Source: the human T2T-CHM13v2.0 reference genome, Homo sapiens
Length of the DNA stretch: 64,000 nucleotides
Direction of reading: 5' to 3'
Assembly (NCBI GenBank): GCA_009914755.4
Contig: CP068257.2
Span: 33,952,001-34,016,000 of the forward strand
Position 1 is the stretch's first letter. Every line of letters starts with the position of its first letter. The notes beneath the pieces were generated by a model. That model was given only the letters and a program-made list of their open reading frames with translations. It had not been told where the DNA came from and did no database searches. Below are positions 13,701 to 26,459 of this stretch, one piece after another. The position numbers were made by a program, and so were the translations under genes.

Positions 13701-16700
13701 ATGTTTTCTATTGATTAAAAATAGATGTAGATAGAGATTCCATACTAGATGCTTACTCACATCTTCATTTACCTACTTTTTCTTTCTCTTATGAAGCAAA
13801 ACTGTTTTTACAAAATAGGATTGTTACTCCCAGGCTCCCCTAATGACTCATTATGATCAAAATGACAAACTTAGTAGCTTTAACTTTAATTGGTTTGGTA
13901 CAATCAATGCTTTAAGTTGGTAAGTAGATTCACTTCTCCATATATTTCACATGTTAAAAGGTTACTTTTATTTTTAATAAAAATAAAATAATTGTCAGTT
14001 TTAATAAAATTACTTCCTTTTTCCTTTTCAACTTCTGCTTTCCTTCTTTCATTTGATGTTATGTACACTTCCAGTGTTGCCAACACTTTACAGTTTCAAC
14101 GCCTTACTGTGAACATGCTTATTTTTAATTTGAAGCAAATTGAAACACATTTTAAGAGTTGAAAGTTCACATCCTCCTTTCAAAAAAACTCAGTGCACTT
14201 CAGTGTGTCACAAACTCAGAGCTGATTACCACTGAGTTAGAGGTCAAATTATTTGTATCCAAATTAGGATTTCTCATCTTTCTTTCTAAAAATTGTCTGT
14301 ATTCTCAAGTTTTTAATAGGAAAAAAAATCTTATTTTTATGATTCTGTTTCTGACAATAATTTTTGAGACAAAGGGATACTTTGGCTCAAAAATTATTTT
14401 AAGAATAAGAAAATCAAGCTCTAGTACACATAATTCCTCATGTGGCAAACAAGAAAAATATAATACTGAATTAACCAACAATTAACTCATTAACAATCTT
14501 CCTTTGTTCAGTGTCTGCTATGTTGTTATTAGAAATCCAGAAAAGCAAGTCTATTGAATAGAATTTTTAAGAAAAAAAGTTAAGTTTTATATTCTACTCT
14601 GAGATGTTCTGGCTGTACTGTCACCTGTCCTAACTGAAACAAGGGTATTTAACATCACTTTTAATATAAATACATTTCATTGACATTTAAGTTATTATCA
14701 AGCCGCTGAAGGGCCTAAGAGTTGATATTCCTTTACTTCAAAAGAGAACATTCCCAGTGACGATGTACCCAGCAACCACATTCATGTGGTTTTGATTTTT
14801 ACTCCTTCTTGTCTTTATAATTTTTACTTTGATTTCTTTCATATGGACACAGAATGACTTAGCAGTGTGACTTTTTTTCTAATTCATTCAATCGGCCATT
14901 CTAAATCTCTCGTTAAGCATCTGATATATAGTCATGTAGTTTATTTAAGTAACTAGGCAGTAGCGCAGGACACAGACTGAAATTAATCCCAGCTGCGTCG
15001 CTACTTAGCTGAGTGACCTTGACTTTGACCTTGCTTAACCTCAATTACCTCACCTGAAAATGGGGACAATAATGATGATTATATAGGATTATTCAGAAGG
15101 TGACATGAGATAAACATAATTAAAGCACATTGCCCTGTGCCTAGCGTATTGTAAACTCTCAAGAAATAGTAGCCACTATGAAAGATAAAAGTGAGTTACT
15201 AAAAAGCTATAAAATTATATGAATTTAATTGTAGAACTTACAAGAAAGTCATTCATTATGTAAAAGAAATCTTAGAATGGAAAAAGGAGCCTCAAATATT
15301 AACATGAGTTAAGACAATAGGGACTGTTTCAATATGGCCAGAGTAATACTGACATGGAGCCAGTATACTGATATTTATGACATTAAGCCCTTTTTGTCCC
15401 ACCAGAATTCTGGGCAGCTCTCTGGGATTGAAATACCTTCTGGGACTTACTAAATGAGCTAATAGGCCCCACAGTCAAGTTACCTTTGAATCCTTAGTTG
15501 TGAAAAACTTGGTGTTGGAGCTCCCAGACTGTATAGTTTAGTTATTGCCTCCCCTATTTTGCTGTAGTATTTTTTTCTGAGTTATTTGTGCTTTGTTACT
15601 TCCCAATCACATACAACTATGTTTATTGTACTCCTCCCAATGGATATGCCATGATACAGTATTTCTTTACTAACAAGCTTTACATCTTAAACACTTTTAA
15701 GGTACGAATTACCAAGGGAAAGAAGTACTTTCCACTCATTTGCCTTTTACCATTTAAGTTTTATTCTTAGCTATATATCAAGTAAGAGCATTTGGTACAT
15801 CCCAAGCCCCAGAACGGGTAATGAGTTCTTTTATTTATTTAAAATATTTGCTGCATTTGTTTCAATATCAAATAAATCATTAGTAATTTCTTTAGTGTTC
15901 AGTACATATTTAAACCAAGAAGAAAAAGAAAAACAAGTATGATCATATTGTGAGGTTTACATGATAAACAGTAAACTGAACTCTTGATTTACCGTAGAGG
16001 AGTGTTATACAGAAAGCATGATCATCCATCTCCATGCGTAAGTTTTTTGACCGTTCATAAGATTTGCCAAGCTTTCCTCACATGATTAAGGTAAGAGTCA
16101 AATTCTAATGTAAGAAATCATTTGTTTTCACCTCAACAATTTTATCTTGACTTTTATTTATGGCCATGTGAATGTCTTCCAGTCCCTACATCTCTCCTCA
16201 ATCAGATTAAAAAAGAAACAGAGAGAAAAAGAAAAAAAAAAATCCCTTTCATTGCATCCCCACAAAGTAACTCATGAAGTTCATCATCTGTGAAGGACAG
16301 AAAAGGCAAATTAACAGTCAGAATGAAAAGGGAACAGGCAGCATCTTGACGTCTCACAGAAGTAGTTTTGGATGTGCTTCCTTTCGTGGTTCCCAGGCCC
16401 AAGTGAAGGTTCCCAAGCACCTTCTTAAGCAAGTTTCATGTTGGCAAAGTTTGTTACGAGTCATGTTTATTATGTCAGTCGATGTTTTTAAGCCTAAACG
16501 AAATTAATAGCATCATGCATGGCTTACAATAAACCCTAATGAAACGTTCAGAACTGTTTAAAAAGCTGTAGCAGGTTTTTAAGGAAATTGGTTGCCTGTA
16601 TTTATTCTTTGAATTAAGTGTTAAAGGAAAACAGAATAATAATATATAAAACCCGGGTTTCCTGTAACAACAATAATTATGATAACTAACATCTGTATAT

Positions 16701-17469
16701 GGCTTTACAGTTTGCAAAGTGCTTTCTCATACATTACCTCATTTAGCAGAGTGGAAATGTTTAATGATCCCAGTTCCAAACTGCCTTTCATTAATAGTAT
16801 ATATATTATATTAATAAGCACATTTAGAAGAAACTATCTTCATAAGCACTCTGCTAAGTGTGAACAAAGGCTGATAAGGAGATGCTGAAATCCGATATCA
16901 ACCCCATAAATCAAATAAACATCGAATAAAATCTGTCAAACACTTCATAACATTGTGTGCGTGTCATCAAACTCAAGGCAAATCCTGCTGTGTCACCTCG
17001 AAATGATGAAGAGAACTAAGGTGTGAGAGCATGCTGTTAGAAGTTTCATTAAAGCCTTATTTACTAGTTCAGAATGAATTTACATTGATCTTTTAAACTA
17101 TTGCTAACCACAAGTGCATTAAACCTAAACAGTCTTCATTTACTGAGAAATAAATGTGTCAGCAGAACCATGACTTTTGTCCAATGTTGTTCCGGCATTT
17201 AAGGCATTTAATTCACAAAGGCTCAGTGTTAAGCTTTTTATTGCTTGTTGTGCTAAAGCATGTTCGTTTAATTGCAAATATATTTCCTTCCTGCATCATT
17301 ATCAAAATTGTTATCTTAAGGAAATATTGTTTTTAAATAATCTGCTGGAAAACCAGTGTGGTACGTGGGCTTATTCAGAATAATTGTTTCCTGCTACAGA
17401 TGGGTTAGCAATTAAGCGGTAACATTGCTTAAACAATTTTAAAAGGAGGTGAGGATAAAAGGAGTCGGA

Positions 17470-17560
17470 TTGTGCTGATCTGAGTTGTAAGAAGCTCTGG
17501 CATTTTTGTGGAGTCAACATGCACTCGTGGCTGATTTAATCAATACCTCACTGTTTACAT
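17470..17560. promoter_or_regulatory. Core of candidate conserved non-coding (enhancer-like) element, part of a CpG-retaining, TAAT-motif-rich block at ~16900-17650
   Basis: Non-repetitive, AT-rich sequence with about 10 CpGs in ~640 bp (e.g. 'tccggcat', 'gttcgttta', 'tacgtggg', 'aagcggtaac', 'gtcggatt', 'ctcgtggc'). Homeodomain-type motifs are dense ('caattaagcggtaacattgcttaa', 'ctgatttaatcaatac', 'taattcac', 'aattgcaa'). This is an inferred call only. Confidence 0.3.
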
Positions 17561-19373
17561 TTTTAAAGAACTTTGTTACTGGTTCCAGGGCCTGATCTAA
17601 TAAATAAGCAATTGCAATGTATTGTATAATTTTGTGAGATGTGAATTATGTCAAAAGTCACCTTAGTCTTTCTGTCTTTGAAATGGAGACAAATGTCTTG
17701 AATTTGACTTTGACCTTGACCTTTTCCTATATTAACTTAGGAAAAAGACTTGAATTCAGGCTTCAGATTTTTAAAATCCCAGTAACACTATTATGAGGAC
17801 ACCCATGCTAAAGACAGAAAATTAGGGACATTATTTTAAATAAGAAAAGAAACAGCAATACCTGACTTCAGATACTCCAGGGATTACATGCATTTCTTAA
17901 AATTGTTTTTCGGTAGCTAAATACAACAGACATGAGGTTTCCATTTCAGTGGGTGAAAAACTATTGACAGTACTCCCACTAAACCCACACTAAATAAGCT
18001 GCTTCATGTTGTCCATTACATGGGACTTTAAAAAATGCTCACTAAAAGATAAATCCTTTGCCTAATTGTATTTAAATTCAAGAAAAGAGCAACTCTTTAC
18101 TGAGGAGATGAGCATAAAGGCACTTTTACGAGTATTCATTATTCCTGGAGCTACTTACATTGATAACTAGAAAGCAAACCACAACAAGCCAAGCTTCCAA
18201 TGGGAAGCAACCAAGGTAACCCACATTTCAATATCACTGTCCAGCTAAAAAAAATCCCAGAAACTGACTAGATATTGTTCTATGTCAAAAGAAGTGAGGA
18301 CTCCTTCTTGTCTCTATTATGACATGGAATTGTGTCTCAGTTTATTTCAGGGGAGAAATAATTTAAAAATGAATAGCAGTGTGAGACTCAAAATGGGTGG
18401 GCCCCTGCAGGAGACCAGTGAGCAATTAGCCACATCCTGCATGGCCAGACTGAGTGACATGGACAACACAAGGGGACAAGTGAGAGACAGAGACAGGTAA
18501 CCACTCCCTGCCTTCATCCACCAGTCTGTGCTCTCAGGGAAATGCCCTCTCTGCCATGGGGATCGGGGTGCTGGCAAGGGGAAGCATGGCATTCCGAAGG
18601 TACAGATGGGACCCACCCCAAACTTCAATGATGCATCTTAAACCTGGACTGCCGTGCAGCCAGGAGGGCATCCGACTTGTCTAGGGCATTTTCTCTTCTT
18701 TCCCTGCAGAGTTAATGGGGCCAGGGGGGTCCAGCAATGGGATGGAAATGGATAGCAGCCATTAAATAGGTACAAGAAAGGGATGTCCGTGTTGGGAAGT
18801 CGGCTGCCTCTCTGAATCCTTTCTCTCAAAGAATGACGGTGTTACCTTGACACGATATGGACATCCTCCCAAGGCTTTGCACGCATGAATCTTTTAACAC
18901 GTTCTTCTCTCGCCGCAACCTTTTCCCGTTGTCACCCTCCTCCTCTCACAGGTCCCTCATCGTTATAAGTATTGCAATTCTGGAGCACTTGTGTGCCCTT
19001 CCAGCGGCTTCGGGGCTCCTCTCTCTTCCCTTACCTTCACACACCTCCCACCACTTTCTTTTTGAGCAAACACTACCTGTGGTTTTCTAGCAGTTTCCAC
19101 CATCCATTTAGGTACTCCAAAGTGTTGGGTTATTGTTTTAAATGCCTTCTTGAAATCAAGACCAAATTCCTTTCTGAGGTCAAAGCTCAGCTTTATTCTT
19201 GGCCACAGTGACCTAATACTCAGCAATCTTCTGCCCTCCATAAAAGCAAATGGCATGCACTAAATTGTGCTGCATGGTAGTAACCCTTCGCTGCTCCAGA
19301 ACTGCAGAAATGCTCAGCTGGGTTTACCTTCTTTTGGTCTGTTCTTACCTTAGCTTTTATAAGACACCAAGTA

Positions 19374-20023
19374 CAGTCACCCCTCAGTATCCATATGGGA
19401 TTGGTTCCAGGACCCTGAGGATTATCTGCAAATGCTCAAATCCCTTATACAAAATGGCACAGTATTTGCATATAACCTACACACATCTTCTATGCAGTCA
19501 AGTGTTACTTAACAACTGGGATGCTTCTGAGGGATTTATCGTTAGTTGGTTTTGTCAATGGATGAACATCACACTGTACTTACACAAACCTAGATGGTAT
19601 AGCCTACCACACAACTAAGTTGGATGGTACAGCCTATTGCTCCTAAGCTACAAACCTGTACAGCATGCTACTGTACTGAATGCTGTAGGCAACTGTAGGA
19701 AAATGCTTAAGTATTTGGGCATCTAAGCATACCTAAACATAGATAAAGTACAGAAAAAATAAGATAACATAATCTTAAGGGACCACCTTTATACATGCAG
19801 TCAGTTGTTGATCAAAAAGTCATTATGGGGTACACGACTTCACTTTAAATCATCTCTAGATTACTTGTAATGCCTAATACAATGTAAATGCTATGTAAAT
19901 ACTTGTTATACTATATATTTAAATTTTTAATTATTTTTTACTACGTCATTTTTTCTAAATATTTTTGATCTTCAGTTGATTGAATCCATGGATACAGAAC
20001 CCACAAATATGGAAAGCTGACTG
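19374..20023 (+). mobile_element. Tigger-like (TcMar) non-autonomous DNA transposon, ~650 bp copy
   Basis: Starts 'cagtcacccctcagtatcc...ggttccaggaccc' and ends 'ggatacagaacccac...gctgactg'. The ends are inverted with respect to each other, and a TA dinucleotide sits immediately outside each end (19372-3 and 20024-5). The internal 'catagataaagtacag...ataatcttaagggaccac...cagttgttgatcaaaaagtcattatgggg' is typical of Tigger3/MER44-type elements, recalled from memory. Confidence 0.55.
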
Positions 20024-20410
20024 TATATGCACTTTTTTAAGTTTGCATTCCCTGAAAATTCAGACACATTGCTTCTTTATATCACCTTCTATCTAATTCT
20101 TCTTTTAAGAAAATCTTTGTTCAACTAAAATGTAGGGTCTCCTGGAGATGTTAGAGGGCAGAAAAATATCTGAGTACTTTCAAAAGTACAGTAAAGTTTC
20201 ATTAGAAAACCTAAAACATCGTATGCATTCTTTTTATGAAAGGCAATATCGATGCTGATGTTCAAGTTTCTGTCTTGATATCAACACAAAAGTCTTGGAC
20301 TCATAGCTGGCAGAATAAATCAGACTGGTAAATGTGTTTTATTTAGCATACGCAGCCTTATTTTTTTCAGTGGATTTTTGACTGCCACCCTTAAAAACCT
20401 GATGGCCTGG

Positions 20411-20818
<408 letters not shown>

Positions 20819-21385
20819 TCAAATACAGAACCCATGCAACCCCTCAGGGTACTTTTCAATCCTTCATCAATCAACTTTTTAATAAATTAATACATTATTT
20901 GATGAACCAAAAAAATACATTTTTACTCATAAAGGGTTCTAATGTTCTAATTTTTCAATGTGCTTTTGTATACATTTTCTTAATTACCCCAACCATCTCC
21001 CAATCCAACGACTATACCTATTTGCTGTTTTTGATAGATGAGGAAACAGGGTTGGCTCCTTTGCAGACCTGGCATCTGACAGAAACCATGAGCATCCATC
21101 CAGGGCATTGAATGCTAACCTCATTCAAGCTTTCCAAGTCAAGGGCTGAAGAGCCATGAACCAACCCAACTGTTCACAAACAGTGCCCTTGTCCTGAAGA
21201 TTATGCCGTGTGGTTTAAGCACAAGAAACTACTAGCAGCAGCATCTTTAAATATTTACAAGCCTCTAATATATGTATGTGTTTATGTTTTGGTCAGTTTG
21301 TCTAATTGGTGGGAGCTTGGTTTTTATAAATTCAGGATGCCTTCAATGCATGGGCTTTTTATTCACATCAAGAATTAGATATAGT

Positions 21386-21492
21386 CCCAGGTACTTGAGG
21401 GCTAGGGCAGGAGAATAGCCTGAACCCAGGAGCATGAGACTGCAGTGAGCTATGATCGTGCCACTGTTTGACAAAGTGAGACTCCAACTCTC
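21386..21492 (+). mobile_element. Alu right-arm fragment (~107 bp, no A-tail) fused directly to the L1 3' end that follows
   Basis: 'cccaggtacttgagggctagggcaggagaatagcctgaacccaggagcatgagactgcagtgagctatgatcgtgccactg...gagactccaactctc'. Confidence 0.8.
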
Positions 21493-21498
21493 TTAAGC

Positions 21499-21888
21499 AC
21501 ACATACACTGTGGAATACTATGCAGCCGTAAAAAAGGATGAGTTAATGTCCTTTGCAGGGACAAGGATGAAGCTGGAAACCATCATTCTTAGCAAACTAA
21601 CACAAGAACAGAAAATCAAACACCACATGTTCTCATTCATAAGTGGGAGTTGAACAATAAGAACACATGGACACAGGGAGGGGAACGTCACACACTGGGG
21701 CATGTTGGGGGGTGGGGGGCTAGGGGAGGGATAGCATTAGAAGAAATACCTAATGTAGATGACAAGTCGATAGGTGCAGCAAACCACCATGGCACGTGTA
21801 TACCTATGTAACAAACGTGCATGTTCTGCACATGTATCCCAGAACTTAAATAAAAATATATAGAGAGAGAGAGAAATATAGATAGGCA
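21499..21888 (+). mobile_element. LINE-1 3' end (ORF2 C-terminus plus 3'UTR) with A/AT-rich tail
   Basis: 'ggaatactatgcagccgtaaaaaaggatgagttaatgtcctttgcagggacaaggatgaagctggaaaccatcattcttagcaaactaacacaagaacagaaaatcaaacaccacatgttctcattcataagtgggagttgaacaataagaacacatggacacagggagggg...acaaacgtgcatgttctgcacatgtatcccagaacttaaataaaaa'. Confidence 0.85.
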
Positions 21889-24800
21889 TTTTTCAGCTAT
21901 AACCTTATCCAGCCTCTTTACCTAGTATGAATTATAATAATTATAGTAACCATTTCATTAATACTGAGCAGTAAGTGGAACAGATCCCACTAGAAAAAAA
22001 CTAAAAGAGAAGAAGACCAAAATTATACATTATAATGGCATCATTTCAGGAGCATCTGTAAGGAATAAGCCATTCACTAATGAGCATAAACCATATTTAT
22101 ACATTAATTCTCATCTTCAATGCACTGTTCTATTTTTTCTTTCAATATTTTATTTTTCCCTGGTCTTCCTTTACTCCTCAGCAGGACTCACTGGAAAAGG
22201 CATGTTCTTTGCTAAAACAAGGTCAATAATATTGTCATTTTCAACTGTGCTATCATTTTCACAGGTCCAAGTTGAAATGAAATCAATTATGAGAACAAAT
22301 AGCATAGTTCTATCACTAATGAATGGATTTAGCATTGTTTCCCATATTCCTACCACTTAAAATGGAAGAAACAGAGCAAATGTGGTGTACAGAAAGCTCA
22401 AATAGTCCATGCTAATGGTGGAAATGCTTAAGTATCATCTGTATACAGCTAATATAAACCAAAGTGGTTTATTGCCACGGTTTTGTGATTTATGACCCAC
22501 ATTATGACTTTATTTTGAAATGGTTGCATGAAATATTAATGTGTGGTGAAAGAACACACAACAAGGAGTAGAGATCACATTTTATCAGATGTACGGGTGC
22601 TCAGTGATTTCTTCCTCATAAGACACTGAGCTCCAATCTCAGGATCCTATTTGTTCCCTTACTGTAATCAGCCCCTCATAATCAAACTTTCCAAGGTGAG
22701 GCAGCTCTACTTTTGCTCCTAGATTATAGGTTATGTACCGTTAATTTTTAAAAGGATGGAATAGTTTATAACAAATGTGAATAATTTATAGCAAATGTTC
22801 TCAGCATTGATTAGTGTCCTTTTGAAAAAGAACGTCTTCTTGATATGCATCATTTCTCTAATGCCTTATGAAAAGTCAGAAAACCTGTTACTGCACTGCT
22901 TAATGGACAAATCAAGTTTAATTTTAATCATATATAATATGAAAGATAAGTCCCTATGTTTTTCCCTGTTTGGAATTTGCCAGGCATTAACACTAAGCAT
23001 TAGCTCAAAGCAATCTAAAGAGAAGTTAACAATAGGAGAGTTGCCTCTCCTTTGAAATTTACATTTTATCCGGGTTCTACAACTCTTGGATCTATGGTTT
23101 CTACAGTTGTTTACTGTGCTGCCTCTTAGGTCATTCCTCACCCCACTTCGCAAAGCTCCAATCTGGGGCCTTGTTTAAGTAACAGATTCTACAACAACAA
23201 CTTTACTGCACAGTAAATCAATTTACACTGAGTTCCTAACTTCATTTTAATTTGATCAACTATATCTGATGCATAAAAAACAGAATATCTTTTTGAATCA
23301 TCATGAAAGTTGTTTGATTTCTATTGTATTGAAGTCCCCAATCATAATTTTATTCTACTCTTATGTATTTTTAAATGTCAATTGCTATAAATAAAAATAA
23401 CATAAAATAATAGCTAATACTGCACTTTCTATGTGCATGATGTACACTGTCTAAGAGCTTTGCATATATTAACTTACTGTATTCTCTCAATAACCTGGAA
23501 ATAAGTACTGTTCTAATGCTTATTATACAAAGAGGAAACTGACGCACAGAATTGGTAAGCAACTTGCCCTGGTAACACCACCAGTAGCTGCAGAGCTGGA
23601 ATGAAGAACTGAGCTGGCTTGCCTTCAGAGTCCATGCTCTAACCACTATACTACCATTTCTATTGTCCTTTGCCCAGAAACATTTGGTTTCAAAGTTCTT
23701 TGTAAAAAAAAAAAACAGAAAATGATAAAGATCTTATGATTTGGGATTGCAGGATACAAACCTAACTTTACAAAGATCCAGTGTTAATAATAGATGTGTC
23801 CTTCAATATCTATGGTCATCCAAATGGCAGAATGGCTCCTTCCATTCTCTGCAAGGGCTCCCTGAAGCAAATCCCCCTCCAAAATCCTCCCAGAATAGTA
23901 AAATGCAAAGCAAAGAGTACTTTGGTCAAGAAGAGCTTGCATATAATTCCAAACTAAACCACTTCCTACCTGGGTAATCCAGGGACTGTTATTGAACCTC
24001 TCTGAGCCAAGATTTTTATTTCCAAACTGAGATAATAACACTCACCAGTAGTACAGTTGTAATCATTAGAGATAATGTTTGTAAAGTGTTTGGCATCAAG
24101 TAGGCTTTCACTATGATATATAATAGCTGTTACCACTGTTTTTGTTCTATCATTGTTATTCTTTCTGCAAGCCTATCCTCGGAATGAGTCACTGCATGAA
24201 TGCAGGGAACGCAGCCTTTGGTAACATTAACCCTTAAGATCTTTAGCTAACTCCCCTTCCCCTTTCTAGGAGCACTCAAACTTTTCTTAGAATGTATTGA
24301 GTTAAATCCATATGCATTCTTAACCTCAAACAGCCAATGAGGAAATCTAGACTAGAGACACTGAAAATGCAGGGGAGGGTGTGACGGTTCCACATAAATA
24401 TCACTGCTAAGGAAAAGTCCTTTCAGGGAAAACACCTCACTCTCACCTGTGTGGTTCGATTGTAAATACCTGACCTCCAGGATTCCTTGTCTGTTAATGA
24501 TGAGTCTGTTCTTACTTGGGTAACGGCTTCACTGAAGAAACAGAACAAAAAGCAGGTAGGAAAGAACACAAGAATCCCTATGATTTGGGAAAAGATGACA
24601 AAGGGAAACAGACATGAGAGAGAAAGGAAGAAAGAAGAGAGAGGGAGAAAAACTGTCTTCCAGAGAGAAAGCAAATCGATAGTAGACACTCTGTGGGGAA
24701 TAACTGTGGTAGAAATAGAATGGAAACTGAGCCAGGGTCATTTATTGTTTTGTGCATTCTGTTATAGGAAAGAGCATGAATAACAAAGAAATCTGTCCAC

Positions 24801-25076
24801 AGACATGGAACACCCCCACGACAGAACAGGCCATTTCCAATGCTATGGGTTTGTTTTTTTTTTCTATTTTTACTTTCTAAAATGAAATAGCACAATACAT
24901 TCTAATGGCTGCTTAGGTTTGTAGCTTAGTTGTCACTGGACAAGAGGAGGAGGTCTAACTGCTCCTCCCAACCTCACCGGAGGTGGATGAAAATGCAGCC
25001 CTTTCTCTGCCTAAAGGCATCATTCTCAAATATGTGATTTTTAAAGTTGCCTCTATCTCCTAAGATACACTCATGA

Positions 25077-25568
<492 letters not shown>

Positions 25569-26015
25569 TAATCTTCCCCTGAGTACAGCTCAGAACCCAA
25601 CCCCTATGACAGGACTTCAGTCTAGCACCCTGCATCTCTCCTTTCAATGACCCAATTGCCTGGCTGAAATGAGTAAATGCCATAGGAATGAGATCTATAT
25701 CAATAACTATCAACGTATGCTCTATATTAAACATTCTTAAAAGCCAAAAGGACTATTTTGTAGGGGCTACCACACTAATTAGAAGGCAAGCTCTTTTTAA
25801 ATACAACCGCTCATGTATACTAAACACAATCACTCTCGAATACTGTTACACATACTGTGGTTCTAGTGTTGTTGACAAGTAGATTATTAAGTAAACCAGT
25901 TGATTCATGGATTACCCACGCACATTAAAAAGCGGAATTTGGCAAATGTAAACAAGCTATTTGGGCTTATCAAAGCTATGTTTAGACTATTGCTTTTTGG
26001 TTATTAAAAAAAGAA

Positions 26016-26459
26016 ATTCTCTTTGTAACAATTGTGAATGGAAGTTCATTCATGATTTTGGCTCTCTGCTTGTCTATTGTTGGTAGAAAATGTGGTACAT
26101 ACATACCACGGAATACTATGCAGCCATGAAAAGGAACAAGATCATGTCCCATGGAACTGAAAGCCATCATCCTCAGCAAACTAACACAGGAACAGAAAAC
26201 CGAACACCGCGTTTTCTCACTCATAAGTGGGAGCTGAACAATGAGAACACAGGGAGGGAAACAACACACACTGGGGCCTGTTGGTGGGTGGGAGGAGAGA
26301 AAGCATCAGGATAAATAGCTAATGCATGCCGGGCTTAATACCTAGGTGATGGGTTGATAAGAGCAGCAAACCACCATGGCACACGTTTACCTATGTAACA
26401 AACCTGCACGTTTGCACATGTATCCCAGAACCTAAAAGAAAATAAAATTTAAAAAAAAG
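26016..26459 (+). mobile_element. LINE-1 fragment: ORF2-internal piece joined by an internal deletion to the 3' end, with A-rich tail
   Basis: 'ttctctttgtaacaattgtgaatggaagttcattcatgattttggctctctgcttgtctattgttggtag' (L1 ORF2) is followed directly by 'aaaatgtggtacatacataccacggaatactatgcagccatgaaaaggaacaagatcatgtcccatgg...cccagaacctaaaagaaaataaaatttaaaaaaaag'. Confidence 0.85.

Noticed and set aside
16020-16100. Two consensus-strength 5' splice-donor-like sites ('atgc|gtaagt' and 'ttaag|gtaagagt') 65 bp apart
   Set aside because: GTAAGT/GTAAGA hexamers occur frequently by chance in AT-rich DNA. No upstream ORF or acceptor partner is identifiable. Kept only as a note under the conserved-element finding.
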